Below, piece by piece: positions 9,771 through 21,576 of a DNA stretch of 64,000 bases (within the stretch, counting starts at the first letter, position 1; each line of letters opens with the position of its first letter). The notes beneath the pieces were generated by a model. The model had not been told where the DNA came from and ran no database searches. It saw only the letters and a program-made list of their open reading frames with translations. Location of the stretch: positions 1 through 64,000 of the forward strand of contig CAWHCF010000026.1 in NCBI GenBank assembly GCA_963827655.1, read 5' to 3'. Origin of the DNA: an uncultured Acidobacteriota bacterium. GTDB taxonomy: Bacteria > Acidobacteriota > UBA6911. Both the position numbers and the translations under genes were made by a program.

Positions 9771-12230
9771 CTACTCCCACCTCAGGGCAATGAGCGGATC
9801 GACACGGGTCGCGCGGCGGGCTGGAAGATACGTGGCCGCGAGCGCAGCACTCAGAAGAACGACTGCCGCGAAGATGAAGGCCGCCGGGTCGGTTCGCGTC
9901 ACCCCAAAGAGCAGGCTTTCCATGAACCGGGTGAGCGCGGTGGCTCCGACGAGCCCGGTGATGATACCCATGCCGGCAAGACCCATTCCTTCGCTCACAA
10001 CCATTCGAATGACGTCGCGGCGATCTGCGCCAAGCGCCATGCGCACGCCGATTTCACGGGTGCGTCGGGTGACGGAGTAGGACATCACGCCATAGATACC
10101 GATAAGAGCGAGAATCATCGCGAGAGCCGCAAATGAGCCCAGCACCAGGGTGGTGAAGCTCGGACGCGCGATGGATTCCGCAATGAATTCCTCCATCGTT
10201 CGGTTGCGATAGATCGCCTGCGCGGGATCCATCGCGAGCACTTCCTTCTTGATAGATGTTGCCAGTGCCGCGGGATGTACCGTGCTATGCACAGCCAAGG
10301 TCATTCCGCCGAGCTGGAACTGCCGATACGGCAAGATCATCTCCGGACGCGCCCCTTCAATGAAGCCGCGATGCCGAACCGAGCCGACTATCCCGATGAT
10401 CTCGCGTGGGCGCCCGTAGAGAAGCACACGCCGGCCGATCGGGTTTTCCCCGGGGAACAGCTGTCCCGCCATCGTATGGTTGATGATCACGACCGGCGTG
10501 CTGTTCGGATTATCGAATTCCGTAAAGTCGCGCCCGTCGAGCAGCGGAATGCCCAAAGTTCGAAAATAGCCTGTGCTGGCGATGCGCAGATCCGCCTGCG
10601 GTTCTTCGCCTGGCTTTGGCTTGGGCCTGCCCTCAATCACGACCGGCATGTCGTAATCGATACCCACGGGATTCAGGGGCAGCGCGGACACGGCGCCCGC
10701 GGCCTGAACGCCCGGCAGATTTCGCACGCGATCGAGAAGCTCCGCGACAAACGCAGAAGGCTTCGACAGCGGAACAGGTGGCGAACCCGGGGGCGGCGCC
10801 GGACGGAACTGAGTCGGGTCGATAGGATATCTCGATGCTGGAAGCCCGAGCTGCATGGTCAGAACTTTCTCGGGCCGAAAGCCGTGATCCATGTCCTGAA
10901 GATTCAGGAGCGTTCGGATCATCAGGCCGGCCCCGACGAGAAGCATCAGCGAGAGGGCAACTTCGGCGACGACGAGCATGGAGCGTCCGTAACTTCGGCG
11001 TGCCGACCCGGAGGCATTGAGTGAGCTTTCTTTGATCGCGGCGCTCAGATTCCCGCGCGAAGCTTCGAGTGCCGGCGCCAGGCCGAAGAGAATTCCCGTC
11101 AAGACGGAAAGAGCGGTCACGAAAAGAAGGACACTCGAGTCCACCGTTACCTGATCGATGCCAGGCAGGTCCGGAGGACTGAAGTGGACGAAAAGGTCGA
11201 GTGCCCACCAGGCGAAGAACGTTCCGGCGAATCCACCGGCGATCCAAAGCAACAGACTCTCCGTGAGGAGTTGCCGCAAGACGCGCCAGCGATCGGCGCC
11301 GAGGGACGTTCGCACCGCGATCTCATGCCTCCGAGCTACGGCTCGCGCCAACAGAAGGTTGGCGACATTCGCGCAGGCGATGAGCAAAACGAAGCCGGAC
11401 GCGCCCAGGAGCACGGACAGGCCAAGCCGGACATGCTGCACCATCTGGTCATGCGCGCCGAAGACCACGACCTCCGGGTTGCTTGTCGCATCCTGCCTCG
11501 CGATTGCCTTAGCGATCGATCCCAGATTCGCCGCGGCGGATTCGATCGTCGAGTATCCTTTTAGCCTGCCGATGACCCTCAGCGAGTGAAAACGCCGCCC
11601 GATGAGGTCTCCCGGATTAAAGATGAGAGACGAATATATATCGATTGCGCTGCGCCTGTCGGGGAACGCGAACGACGGCGGCATCACCCCGAGAACCAAG
11701 TAGCTGGCGTCATTGAGCGTGATCGACCTGCCAATCAAGGAGCGGTCGCCGCCGAACCGGCTCTGCCAGAAGCTGTGACTGAGGACGACGACGCGGTCGC
11801 GTCTCTGATTTTCCTCTTCGGTGAACGTGCGGCCGATTGCCGCCTCTACGCCCAGCGTGCGGAAGAAACTGCTCGTTACGGTGAGCGCCTGGATCTGCTC
11901 GGGATATTCAAAGCCGGTCAGTGTGAAGACGCCATAGCGAAAGGCTGCCATATCCTCGAATTCGGTATTCTCTTTGCTCCAATCCGAGTAGTTCAGGGGC
12001 GCAACCGGGTCTTTGTCCTTACCAATCGTCGTGTTTCGCTCCCAGACCACCACGAGTCGATCCGGATTCCTATAAGGCAGCGGCTTCAGCATGATTGTAT
12101 TCACCACGCTGAATATCGCACTGTTGGCACCGATGCCCAGCGCTAACGTCAGCAACGCCACGGCCGTGAATGCCGGATTTCTTATGAGAGTGCGGACGCC
12201 GTATCGAATGTCCTGGAGCAGGGTTTCCAC
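9771..12230 (-). CDS. ADOP duplicated orphan permease
   Basis: GTG start at 12230 ([12 protein letters not shown]) after [19 protein letters not shown]-terminal [17 protein letters not shown]. Confidence 0.93.
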   Translation of the reverse strand: METLLQDIRYGVRTLIRNPAFTAVALLTLALGIGANSAIFSVVNTIMLKPLPYRNPDRLVVVWERNTTIGKDKDPVAPLNYSDWSKENTEFEDMAAFRYGVFTLTGFEYPEQIQALTVTSSFFRTLGVEAAIGRTFTEEENQRRDRVVVLSHSFWQSRFGGDRSLIGRSITLNDASYLVLGVMPPSFAFPDRRSAIDIYSSLIFNPGDLIGRRFHSLRVIGRLKGYSTIESAAANLGSIAKAIARQDATSNPEVVVFGAHDQMVQHVRLGLSVLLGASGFVLLIACANVANLLLARAVARRHEIAVRTSLGADRWRVLRQLLTESLLLWIAGGFAGTFFAWWALDLFVHFSPPDLPGIDQVTVDSSVLLFVTALSVLTGILFGLAPALEASRGNLSAAIKESSLNASGSARRSYGRSMLVVAEVALSLMLLVGAGLMIRTLLNLQDMDHGFRPEKVLTMQLGLPASRYPIDPTQFRPAPPPGSPPVPLSKPSAFVAELLDRVRNLPGVQAAGAVSALPLNPVGIDYDMPVVIEGRPKPKPGEEPQADLRIASTGYFRTLGIPLLDGRDFTEFDNPNSTPVVIINHTMAGQLFPGENPIGRRVLLYGRPREIIGIVGSVRHRGFIEGARPEMILPYRQFQLGGMTLAVHSTVHPAALATSIKKEVLAMDPAQAIYRNRTMEEFIAESIARPSFTTLVLGSFAALAMILALIGIYGVMSYSVTRRTREIGVRMALGADRRDVIRMVVSEGMGLAGMGIITGLVGATALTRFMESLLFGVTRTDPAAFIFAAVVLLSAALAATYLPARRATRVDPLIALRWE

Positions 12231-12232
12231 TG

Positions 12233-13288
12233 TTAACCTCCACGGCTCTCGGACGCTTGTGGCGGCAGCTGGCGCAGCGTCCGTGCGGTCCGTTCGCCCA
12301 ACAGCGTCAGCCACGTGGCCTGAAGCTCCAGGCCCGTCCGAAACATCTTGAGGAACGACGGGGGCAACATTGAGAAATCAATTGTCTCCCGAGCGCCCCA
12401 GTCCGGCCGCCGGCCATCGACATCGGTGAACCCGTAGTCGCGACTCAGCTCCCAGGAACTCCACAGTTGCCCCGTGCGGTCGAGCATTTGAGGATCCAAC
12501 GCGAGTGCCGCTACCGCACGGCCCACGTACAACGGTGATTCCGACTCCAGGAAGTTGCTGTCGTCCTTGCCGGCGTCTCGCCAATTGGCTTCCGTCACGC
12601 CCTTGGCATCAAGCATCGCCTCCGACCTCAGATACCCTGGCGTGATCGCGACCGCCGTCACTCTGTGGGCGTGGAGTTCCGCCGCCATATGCAGCGCCAG
12701 CCCCTTCGTGGCTAACTTGACAGACCACGCCAGCGGATTGCCGCCACCTCCAAGGATGTCATTCTCGGTGACCTCGACGATAAGCCCTCGCCGCCTCTGG
12801 ATCATGTGCGGCGCCACGTGCTTGGCCGTCACGATGTGCGACACGAGCGCCTGTCTGAATACCTGGTCGGCGTGCGCGACGTCGACCTGCCAGAAAGATC
12901 CCCACTGCCCCATCAGGGGTTCTTCGCCGGCGATGCTGTTCACGAGTACGTCCAGCCGGCCGTGCCGCTTCACAATACGCGTGACCAGCGCCTCGACCTC
13001 AGCCTCGACGGTGTGATCGACGCGCACCGCCATCGCGTGTCCGCCTGCGGCGGTGATCAGGGCGGCCGTTTCGTCGATGGTTTCGGGCCGCCCGTACGGC
13101 GACGGACGGCCCGTCACACTCCGCCCGGTGCAATACACGGTGGCGCCAGCTTCGCCGAGCGCCCGCGCAATCCCACGACCGGCACCCCTGGTGGCACCAG
13201 CCACGAGGGCGACCTGTCCACGGAGGTGACCCGGGCGCGGCCGAGTCGCGGAATGCGAGGGCCTACGAGCACGTGAACGCGTCGGCAT
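12233..13288 (-). CDS. SDR family oxidoreductase
   Basis: [15 protein letters not shown] Rossmann motif, GRLDVLVN, and [10 protein letters not shown]. Confidence 0.88.
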   Translation of the reverse strand: MPTRSRARRPSHSATRPRPGHLRGQVALVAGATRGAGRGIARALGEAGATVYCTGRSVTGRPSPYGRPETIDETAALITAAGGHAMAVRVDHTVEAEVEALVTRIVKRHGRLDVLVNSIAGEEPLMGQWGSFWQVDVAHADQVFRQALVSHIVTAKHVAPHMIQRRRGLIVEVTENDILGGGGNPLAWSVKLATKGLALHMAAELHAHRVTAVAITPGYLRSEAMLDAKGVTEANWRDAGKDDSNFLESESPLYVGRAVAALALDPQMLDRTGQLWSSWELSRDYGFTDVDGRRPDWGARETIDFSMLPPSFLKMFRTGLELQATWLTLLGERTARTLRQLPPQASESRGG

Positions 13289-13482
13289 GCGAACGCTCCT
13301 TTGGGCGGCGAACGGCCATCACGCAACGGTCGCTCACCAACGAGGCCAATTAGAGAACCGTCGTTTACTATTTGTCAAGCCATCGGTCCTCGTCCCGCAC
13401 CATCGCCGATGCCGACATCCCTGCTCGCCGCCAGCCGCGTTCTCTCACGGGTCGGACCTGCGCGCTCACGACGGCCGTCTTC

Positions 13483-15129
13483 TCAAATCTCTCCTTTTCC
13501 AGCGGATTGAATGATGTAATCGGCGGCCCGGTACGCCAGCGCCGCGATTGTGCATGTCGGCTGCTGGCGCGCGCACGTGACAAAGCTGCTGCCATCGACC
13601 AGAAACAGATTCGGGACATCGTGGGCGCGATGATACTTGTTGATCACGGACGTCCGCGGGTCGTTGCCCATCCGGCACGTGCCCATGAGGTGCCCACTGA
13701 AGGTCAGATCGTCGACTTCGCCGCCCCAGATTTTTATGGCGCCCGCCGCTTCCAGAATTTCGCGCATACGGTCGCGGCAGAAAGCCATCACTTTCAGGTC
13801 ATCAGGGTGGTTCTTGAACGTCATGCGAAGCGCCGGAAGTCCCCAGGCATCTTTGAGGTCCGGGTCGAGGCTGATAGAGTTGGACTCAACCGCGAGGCAG
13901 GTGGTGTGTGCGAGCAGGGACATCGTATGAGTGAAGTAATGAGCCAGAGCGTTTTTAAAACCTTCACCCCAGCGCGGCACATCTTTCGGGAGGCCCCGCA
14001 GAGCAAAGCCGATCGGGTATTGATCGAAGCGGGCGTCGATGCCGCCACCCCCGTAAAACCCGCGTTTGGGATCAGAATCATAGTAATCGTGGATGAGACG
14101 CGAGACGTGAACGCCACGGTAGTCATTGAGCGGATGTTCAAACAGTGCGTGCAAGATAACGCCCGTGTCGGCCTGGAAATATCTGCCTACAACGCCGCTC
14201 GTGTTCGCCAGCCCGCTCGGAAAGCGATTGGACTTGGACATCAGGAGCAGACGCGGGGTCTCCGCACCGTTGGCGCACACGATCACCACGCGGGCCTTCT
14301 GAAAGACCTCTTTCCCGCGCGCATCAAAATAGACGGCTCCGCTGACATGCCCCTGGGCATTGATTTCGATTTTGCGAACGTAGGAATTGGGCCGGATCTC
14401 GCAGCGTCCGGTCTTCTCCGCAGCGGGAATCACGGCCACGAGGGAGGAAGATTTGGCCCCCACTTCGCACCCAAAGCTCTTGCAGAAACTGCATTGCATG
14501 CAGGCCGAGCGGCCGCGATAGGGTCTCGAGAGAATTGCCATCGGCGCCGGGTAGGGATGAAGCCCGAGCTTTCTTGTGGCGCGCTCGAACAGGACACCGG
14601 AGGATTTCACCGGCAACGGTGGCAGGGGGTAGGGCTGCGATCGGGGAGGATCGAACGGAGCGTCGGTCAGGCCTGAGACGCCGAATTCCTGTTCGACCTT
14701 GGTGTAGTAGGGTTCCAGGTCGGCATAGCTGATCGGCCAGTCCTGAAGGTCGGCGCCGGACACGGGCCCCCAGCGCGTGCGCTCGCGAAAGTCAACTTCT
14801 TTGAATCGCCAGAAGTTGCCAGTGAAGTGAACGGTTCCTCCACCCACCACGCGCCCGTATAACACCGCCGGCTGGCGCACTGCCTTGTCGGCTTCGGTCT
14901 TGCGAAAAGTGTTGGGCTGGCGCTTCCAGTCGTTAATGAGCTGACCCTGAAAATATCCTTTGATTTCGTCATGCACGAAATCCTTGTCGCGCAGGTAGGG
15001 GCCTTGTTCCAGGACCACGACCTTGAAACCCGCGGTCGAGAGTTCCTTCGCCATCACACCGCCGGCGGCTCCGGAGCCGATGACGAGAAAGTCAACCTTG
15101 TCGGAGGGCCGGAAAATCGCGGCGGTCAC
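13483..15129 (-). CDS. GMC family FAD oxidoreductase (glucoside/gluconate dehydrogenase flavoprotein-like)
   Basis: VIGSGAAGG, VVGGGTVHF, and HLMGTCRMG. GTG 15129 overlaps the stop of the upstream gene (GTGA). Confidence 0.92.
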   Translation of the reverse strand: MTAAIFRPSDKVDFLVIGSGAAGGVMAKELSTAGFKVVVLEQGPYLRDKDFVHDEIKGYFQGQLINDWKRQPNTFRKTEADKAVRQPAVLYGRVVGGGTVHFTGNFWRFKEVDFRERTRWGPVSGADLQDWPISYADLEPYYTKVEQEFGVSGLTDAPFDPPRSQPYPLPPLPVKSSGVLFERATRKLGLHPYPAPMAILSRPYRGRSACMQCSFCKSFGCEVGAKSSSLVAVIPAAEKTGRCEIRPNSYVRKIEINAQGHVSGAVYFDARGKEVFQKARVVIVCANGAETPRLLLMSKSNRFPSGLANTSGVVGRYFQADTGVILHALFEHPLNDYRGVHVSRLIHDYYDSDPKRGFYGGGGIDARFDQYPIGFALRGLPKDVPRWGEGFKNALAHYFTHTMSLLAHTTCLAVESNSISLDPDLKDAWGLPALRMTFKNHPDDLKVMAFCRDRMREILEAAGAIKIWGGEVDDLTFSGHLMGTCRMGNDPRTSVINKYHRAHDVPNLFLVDGSSFVTCARQQPTCTIAALAYRAADYIIQSAGKGEI

Positions 15130-15653
15130 CGGTTGTCCTCCTGGTCGTAATAACCGAACGGCGGCGCGAAATGGTGTGAACTCTGAAAGCCGATGTGCTT
15201 CCACCCGGTTTGATTTCGATTGCCACCGTACTCGGGGTTGGCAAGGAAACCCATGACAGTGTGGGTTCGGAGGGCTTCGAAGAATGGGGTCTTGTCGATG
15301 GCACCGAGCAGAGAGATCTGCTGGTCTGGGTTGAGAGCGGCGATCGACTGAGAGCCGGGGAAGAGTTCGCGTCGTTTCTTTTGGACGGCAGCGAGCCCTT
15401 TGCGGTAAACATCCCGTTTGTTCCTGTCGAAGGTCGCAAGCGCCTGGTCGATGAAGTAGATCACATGGGCCTCTCGGGCTCCGGGCGAATCGGTCGAAGG
15501 AATGATCTGCGCGGTCAGGGCTTCGATTTCAGCGGCATCCCTTGAGGCAAGGCTCTTGAACGGCTGTCCCTGGGCAGAGGCGGATTGAGCCCCCTGGGCG
15601 GCAAGCATGATTTGAAGAAACCGGCGACGCGAAAGAGCTTCCCTTGAAATCAT
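15126..15653 (-). CDS. Gluconate 2-dehydrogenase subunit 3 family protein (Tat signal)
   Basis: SRRRFL Tat motif, IIP..DSPGA..A.V..FID, and P.YGGN....GW..IGF. Coupled to the GMC gene. Confidence 0.88.
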   Translation of the reverse strand: MISREALSRRRFLQIMLAAQGAQSASAQGQPFKSLASRDAAEIEALTAQIIPSTDSPGAREAHVIYFIDQALATFDRNKRDVYRKGLAAVQKKRRELFPGSQSIAALNPDQQISLLGAIDKTPFFEALRTHTVMGFLANPEYGGNRNQTGWKHIGFQSSHHFAPPFGYYDQEDNR

Positions 15654-15879
15654 GCCGTCCATGATACACCAGGCTAACAAACGCACGTTAGCGCTCCAGC
15701 GCGCATCCACGTATTACACGCGGTTAAGGCATCGTTCCAGCGCCATTCGTGAAAATCCTCCGGTATCGACAATGAGAACTTCAGAGCAGACCCTGCCGTC
15801 GCGCGCTGCCACGCAATCGGCACTATAATCCAGGCATGTTTTTCAAGAAGGTTGGTACTGCTGAGATGCGTGGTGGCCT

Positions 15880-16542
15880 TTGATGGAAAAATCAGAAGTC
15901 CGGATCACGAGTACGATCCTCTCAGGGAAGCCCAAAGAGGAGAGCGCTCCCGTGTCTATCCTGATCACAATGGTTCTCGTATTCATTTCAATGCTGTGCT
16001 GGCAGGATCCGGAGCTCTTCCAGCTGCTGTCTGCTTCTCGTCAGCAGGTTTTCGCTGGGGTCGAATACTGGAGGCTGCTTACTACGATCGCCGTCCACGC
16101 CGATCTGTCGCACCTGGCGGTGAATGCAGGCTTCGTGGTTTTCTTTGGCTATTTGTTGTACGGGTACTTCGGCTTCTGGATCTATCCGATTGCCATGCTG
16201 ATCCTGGCTTCACTGACCACGCTCCTGTCTCTCCTCACCTATCCGCCTCAGGTCGTGCTGATTGGGGCATCGGGACTCGTTTATTTGATGATGAGCTTCT
16301 GGCTGGTCATGTATTCATTCATCCAGAGGACGGTGCCATTCAAAAAACGACTTCTTCGCGTGATTGGGATAACTCTGATCGTGTTCGTCCCGACAACCGT
16401 ACACCCGGAAGTCAGTTACCGCACCCACGCCATCGCCTCCGGAGTGGGAATCATCGCCGCCATCGCCTGCTTCCAATCCGGAAAGAAGCGCTTTCGTTCT
16501 CTGGAGGTAGTTGAGCTGGAGATGCTCGATGGCCTTGAGTAA
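15880..16542 (+). CDS. Rhomboid family intramembrane serine protease
   Basis: EYWRLLT, H...SHL..N, IGASG and distal H...G motifs with about six TM segments. Confidence 0.88.
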   Translation: MMEKSEVRITSTILSGKPKEESAPVSILITMVLVFISMLCWQDPELFQLLSASRQQVFAGVEYWRLLTTIAVHADLSHLAVNAGFVVFFGYLLYGYFGFWIYPIAMLILASLTTLLSLLTYPPQVVLIGASGLVYLMMSFWLVMYSFIQRTVPFKKRLLRVIGITLIVFVPTTVHPEVSYRTHAIASGVGIIAAIACFQSGKKRFRSLEVVELEMLDGLE

Positions 16543-16940
16543 TCGTCGTGCCGCAGACAGGAGCTATGAGGGCCAAGTCTTCAGCACTGGCGCGCGTGCA
16601 CGATCGCTGGCCGACGCGGCGCATGTATCAGAGTGGGCCACTTGTCACGTTCCTTCGCGGCGATCATCGGACGGCCCTTGCGGGGCGAGATGCGGCAGCT
16701 CCGGATTCAAACGGCGCGTCAATTGTTCGAAGAAACATCGCTGAAAATCCACGCCATCAGCTGCCGTGTCGGACGTCGCAGGTCATCGCGCAGTTCCGGC
16801 GGCTAACCGGAATGGAGCCGGCGGTGGCGTCAAGGAACGGGCGTGCCCCCTGAACAAACAAGCAGCACAGATCAAGTGTCTGCATTTGCCATCAACGCGA
16901 ATCCTATTGGCGAGCGATAAGCGCTGGCCGCTGCGGCACG

Positions 16941-18134
16941 CTACCGTATCGGCAGCGGTTTGATTCGAAGATTTCGGAAATCGAGGTTCGTGGTCGGGTC
17001 GTGCGCCTGAAGCGCAATCGGACCTGGAGCCAGACGCGCCTCCTTCACTGCGTTGGAGCCCTCAGTCCGAGCGTCGTCGTATTTCGTGACCTCGATCCCG
17101 TTGATCCAGACGGCAATGTGCCGTCCTGCGGCGACGATCGTCTTGGTGAAGAACTCCTGGTCGTTCGGCACCACGCGGCGAGCTGGCTGGAAGTGGTAGA
17201 GCCCGCCGGTGCCGAAGTCCACGGGCTGGGTGCGGTCGCTGTCTTTGAACTGGTTCCGTATCTGCACTTCGTATCCGGTCCAGGACTTGCCCTTGTCGCC
17301 CCGGAAGAAAACTCCTGAGTTGGGATGATGATCTTCGTTCTGGGCGTTAGCGCGGACCTCGAGCTGGAGGACAAAGTCGCCGAACTCCGCTATCGTCTCC
17401 AGCTGGCCGGGCCCCTTCTCGACATGGATGGCGCCCTCTTTTACGGACCACTCTGGGATCGCCCGGCCCTTGGGACGGTCGACGCTCGTCCACCCGGTCA
17501 GGTCCTTGCCATTGAAGAGCGGCTCCAGGCCGAGCGGCCGCAGCGCGATGTTACGAAACTCGATTTCAGCCCCCTTGACGAATTGCAAGCCTATGTAGCC
17601 GGTTTGGGCCGAGCCGTCGCGCGCGTCGACTACCTTCTTGCCGTCGAGTTCCACGACCAGGTGGTCATTGTCGGCTGTGATCTGATACCGGTGCCACTCT
17701 TTGGCCTTCACTTGGCCGCTCGGGACCTTGACCCGCCCGACCAGGCTGCCGGTGCCGAAGTCCTTGTTCATGTTGTTGATGTTGACCTGGTAGCCGGTCT
17801 TGGTCGGATCCCCTTCGCTCGCGGCACGAATGAAGATGCCGCTGTCAGTTTCGACCGTGTTCATGCGAAACTCGACCCTCAGGACGAAATTGGCAAACGG
17901 AGTCGCGTGCCGTAGCCAGCCATCAGCGCCCGAGCTCGCTCTCAGCACGCCGTCGGCAGTCTTCCACTCGGCACCCCCTTGCGGCTCCCAGCCGAAGGTC
18001 GACTCGCCATCCCACAGCAGGATCCAGCCGGCGCTGACCTCCTCGGAGCTTAGAGTATTTGGAGCGCTCTCCGCGCCGAGTGCCGGCAAGAGCGCTACCA
18101 GTGAAAACGCCAGATAGACTGTGAAGTTTCTCAT
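16941..18134 (-). CDS. Secreted tandem DUF1080 (3-keto-disaccharide hydrolase-like) protein
   Basis: Two repeats: DSGIFIR/NSGVFFR, GYQV/GYEVQI, G.I.LQ, and FRNI/FRNL. Confidence 0.9.
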   Translation of the reverse strand: MRNFTVYLAFSLVALLPALGAESAPNTLSSEEVSAGWILLWDGESTFGWEPQGGAEWKTADGVLRASSGADGWLRHATPFANFVLRVEFRMNTVETDSGIFIRAASEGDPTKTGYQVNINNMNKDFGTGSLVGRVKVPSGQVKAKEWHRYQITADNDHLVVELDGKKVVDARDGSAQTGYIGLQFVKGAEIEFRNIALRPLGLEPLFNGKDLTGWTSVDRPKGRAIPEWSVKEGAIHVEKGPGQLETIAEFGDFVLQLEVRANAQNEDHHPNSGVFFRGDKGKSWTGYEVQIRNQFKDSDRTQPVDFGTGGLYHFQPARRVVPNDQEFFTKTIVAAGRHIAVWINGIEVTKYDDARTEGSNAVKEARLAPGPIALQAHDPTTNLDFRNLRIKPLPIR

Positions 18135-18487
18135 GCTCACTCCTCGCTGTAGCGACATTGGGAAAATTTGACCTGGGCGTCGAGGATATCACTACTGCCT
18201 GGGGATTTGTGGCGAAAGACGGCTTTCCCCGTCTGAGGGCCGCCGCTGCCGGACAGTTTCAACGACCTCGGCAACGTTGAAATCGTGTCAGGAGGACTGA
18301 AATACTCACCTGAACCGGGCTGAACAGTGATGCTGCGGAATCCCGCCCATGTCGCCCGCCGGCGCTTTTCCTTGGACTGTCCGCGAGTACTGATACGGTC
18401 GAGGCCAGAAGCAGAAGACGAGGCCATGTTCGCCTTCTTACTTCTGGCATCGTTCATGCAGTCTTCGAACTTAGGGTTCGCCGGTTC

Positions 18488-19970
18488 CTAGGAGTTGAGG
18501 ATGCCTTCCCAGCCCTTCCGGTACTCACGCCGGATAAACTTGTCGGCTTCCGGCGCGTTACGGGCGCGCATGTTGACGTAGTCCCACTCAATCTTCTTTC
18601 CGGTCCGGTAGGCCACGTTGCCGAGGTGGTTCGACTCGGTGGTCCAGCCGGCATACTGGAAGTTCGAGCCGGGCGCCGGGCCGAGGCCCTTGCACGCCAG
18701 GATCCATTCGTTATAGTGGCCGGGCGAACGCGGGAGTGTCTCCGGCGGTATCTGGTAGTCCTTGAACTGTTCTTCGGGCAGCAGCTGGGGCGCGCCGGTC
18801 CCGCTGAACAACATGCCCTTGTCGCCGATGAACAGCGCTGCGCGGTCGCGCTGAGGAATTTTGCCTGCGTGATACTGTGGCGGCCGGCTCTCGCCCTGGT
18901 GCCAGATGAGCTTGAACGGCGGGGCCGAGCCGCGGGCCGGGAACTCATAAGTCACAGTCATGGTTGCCGGCGCCAGTTCCGGGTGGGCCTTGCCCATAGG
19001 GGACACGGCCTCGACCGTCAGAGGCTGACGGATGTCCAGCGCAAAGAACACAACGTCGTTGTCGTGGCTGCCGAGGTCGCTCATCGTGCCGTTGCCGAAG
19101 TCCCACCATCGGTACCAGCGTGGTCCGGGCAGGTAGGTCGCATGGAACGGCCGCGCCGGCGCAGGCCCGATCCACAAGTCCCAGGCGATATTCGGCGGGA
19201 TCGGCATCTCTTCCTTGAACCGGTCGGTGATCTGGATCCCGTTGTAGAACCCGTGCGGCTGGTCGAGCTTGAGGGCAGACTCGGCGCCCTGCAGTCCCCA
19301 CGCGCGACCCGCCCAGACGTGCACTTCGCGCACCGGCCCGATCGCACCGGCCATGATCAGTTCCTTGACCTGGCGGCGGGACGCCGAGGCGTGGCCCTGG
19401 TTGCCCATCTGAGTCGCGAGCTTTGGGTGCTTCGCGGCTGTCTCGCGAATTAGCCTCGCCTCCGAGATGTTGTGGGTGAGCGGCTTCTCGCAGTAGACGT
19501 GCTTGCCATGCATCAGTGCCAGGTATGTCGCCAGGGCGTGCGTGTGCTCACACGTGCTGACCATGACGGCGTCGAAGTCTTTCGGGCTGTCGAAGACCTT
19601 GCGGAAATCGTTGTACTTCTTTGCATTCGGGAACCGCTGAGCCGCGGCGTCCACGGCCGCCTGGTTCACGTCGCAGAGGACCGTAATGTTTTCGGCCGGG
19701 ATCCCAGTGGGCGCGGACGGGGTCGATGGCCGGCGCCCCTTCCGGTGCGGCCCCACGACCACGGCCGGCGGCAGGGCCGTCTCCGTTCATGTTCGAGATG
19801 GCGCGGCCGCCGCAGGCGATCATCGCGATGTTCAGCTTATTGTTCAGGTTCTGGCCCCGCAGAAATGCCGGCGCGCCCGTGATCACGCCGGCGGCGGCCA
19901 GGGCGCCGCCGACCAATTCGCGTCGGGTTATTTGACGCTGTAGCATCTTATTGGTGATCGTATTCTTCAT
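18488..19970 (-). CDS. Gfo/Idh/MocA family oxidoreductase (Tat-like signal); frameshift near 19720
   Basis: TRRELV and LNIAMIACGGR in ORF 19548..19991 join to HVYCEKPL, TQMGNQG and DLGSH in ORF 18488..19762. Confidence 0.88.
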
Positions 19971-20580
19971 GGTGTGCTCCCTTCGGTTCAATAGGTGAAA
20001 TAGGCGGCCCTTGGCATCCGGATCCAGCTACTCTGCTTAACTTCTGAGAAATGCGGGAATGTTCCCGAGCCCCATGCGCATTCGGACGAGCAATATTACT
20101 CCAGGGCGAGCCAAAAAGCCGTAACCTTCATTCGGAGTGGAACAATCGGGTCGACGCGGGATGCGCGCGGGTCATGATTGAGACTGTTGCAAAACTCGGC
20201 TAGTTGATGTGCGGACGGGCTATCAAGCCCGTCCGGCGAAGCAAGCTTTGTGCCGGTCCTTCGGACCTCCGTGCCATCTGCAGCACAAACCACGCCCTGA
20301 CGGGCGTGGCTACTCACTGCCGGGCCTTCGGCCCTGGAGCCACGCGACCAGCGAGAATCTGAGTCTTGCAACAGTCTCTAATGCCCCGCGCCACAAAAGC
20401 CAAAAGGCTGCCGGTCGATCCGAGCCGTCCAGCTTAATTTGTATCACAGCTTCTCAGGCCGGGGACATCAACCAAATCAGAGCCTGAGCATCGAAGGTGC
20501 GGCACTACTTGCATAAAGGTCCAGAGCTGCGGCCAGCCCGCGCAACATTGCCCTGCAGCACCCAGCGATGATCTGGGGCG

Positions 20581-21498
20581 TCATCTCGGCGGCGGAGCCT
20601 TCGATGGCGGCGTGGGTTGGCCGTCGATAGTGTTCGGCTCCATCAGTTCCACGCGGGTGCCGTCGGGATCGAAGAGATTGCATTGCCGCCGGCGATTACG
20701 GCCGACCCGAATCTCCATTTTGCGATCGTAGGTCTGGCGTGCAGGCTTGGCTTCGAGCATCGCCACCGCCTTGTCCATATCCGGCACTTCCAGGCAGATG
20801 TGGTGCGCCGAACCTCGGCGGTCGGGTTGCGGCAGATCTTTGTAGAGCATGAATTCGATATAGTCAGTTCCGTCGGGCACCCGCATGTTCACCCAGGAAA
20901 GTTGTTGCTCGTCGCTGCTGCCCCGCCAGAATTCTGAAAATCCGAGCACGTCGCCGTAGAACTTCTTCGCCGCCGCGAGATCGCCGACCAGGATACCCAG
21001 ATGGAGCATCCGGGTAGAGACCCGTTCCGGCCCCACATGCTTTCCCTTTTCGCGCATGGACCAGCCGCCGGACTCGTACTGCACGATCTCCACGGTGTGG
21101 CCGTCGGGATCCGTGACATTGAAGTTGGAGTTGCCGATGCGGCCCTTGGGCACACGGTCCGGGACCTTGACGCCTCGCGACGCGAGATAGAGCCGCATTG
21201 CCTCAGCATCCTCGGTGTAGACCGAGATGTGATGCAGGCGGTCCGAGCGGCTCTCCCGTTCGGGAAAGAGTTCGATATATTGGTGGTCGTTGATCTTGAT
21301 GAACGTCAGGGAGAGTGAGCCGTCAGGGTTCTTGAGGTCGAACGGCTCGCCATAGCCCAGGAACTCCTTGTAGAAACGGCGCGACTTCTCGACGTCGGCG
21401 GTGAACAGGGCGATATGCGCCAGGCCGAGGATCCTGGGACGCTGGGGCTCCGCGGCCGCAATCGAGGCAAAAAGGAGCAGGGTAATCGATAGCTTCAT
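20581..21498 (-). CDS. Secreted two-domain VOC family protein
   Basis: Signal peptide. Repeated H-I/L..., DPDGHTVE and DPDGTRVE motifs. Confidence 0.88.
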   Translation of the reverse strand: MKLSITLLLFASIAAAEPQRPRILGLAHIALFTADVEKSRRFYKEFLGYGEPFDLKNPDGSLSLTFIKINDHQYIELFPERESRSDRLHHISVYTEDAEAMRLYLASRGVKVPDRVPKGRIGNSNFNVTDPDGHTVEIVQYESGGWSMREKGKHVGPERVSTRMLHLGILVGDLAAAKKFYGDVLGFSEFWRGSSDEQQLSWVNMRVPDGTDYIEFMLYKDLPQPDRRGSAHHICLEVPDMDKAVAMLEAKPARQTYDRKMEIRVGRNRRRQCNLFDPDGTRVELMEPNTIDGQPTPPSKAPPPR

Positions 21499-21541
21499 TT
21501 GGCAGGTCTCCTGCGCGAAGCCTTAGAGACGAGGGCCTCAT

Positions 21542-21570
21542 AGGCGGGTTGCAAACTAGAAAACCCGCCT
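21542..21570. terminator. Hairpin downstream of the tail-tube gene (terminator- or REP-like)
   Basis: 9-bp stem AGGCGGGTT/AACCCGCCT. No clear U tract. Confidence 0.35.
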
Positions 21571-21576
21571 GGTTTC

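Noticed and set aside
16548-16853. ORF with FRRLTGMEP, resembling an AraC C-terminus
   Set aside because: A single short motif with no other support.
20120-20175. Minus-strand RASRVDPIVPLR, resembling an ADOP C-terminus
   Set aside because: Only about 12 codons match. It may be a decayed remnant but is too short to call.
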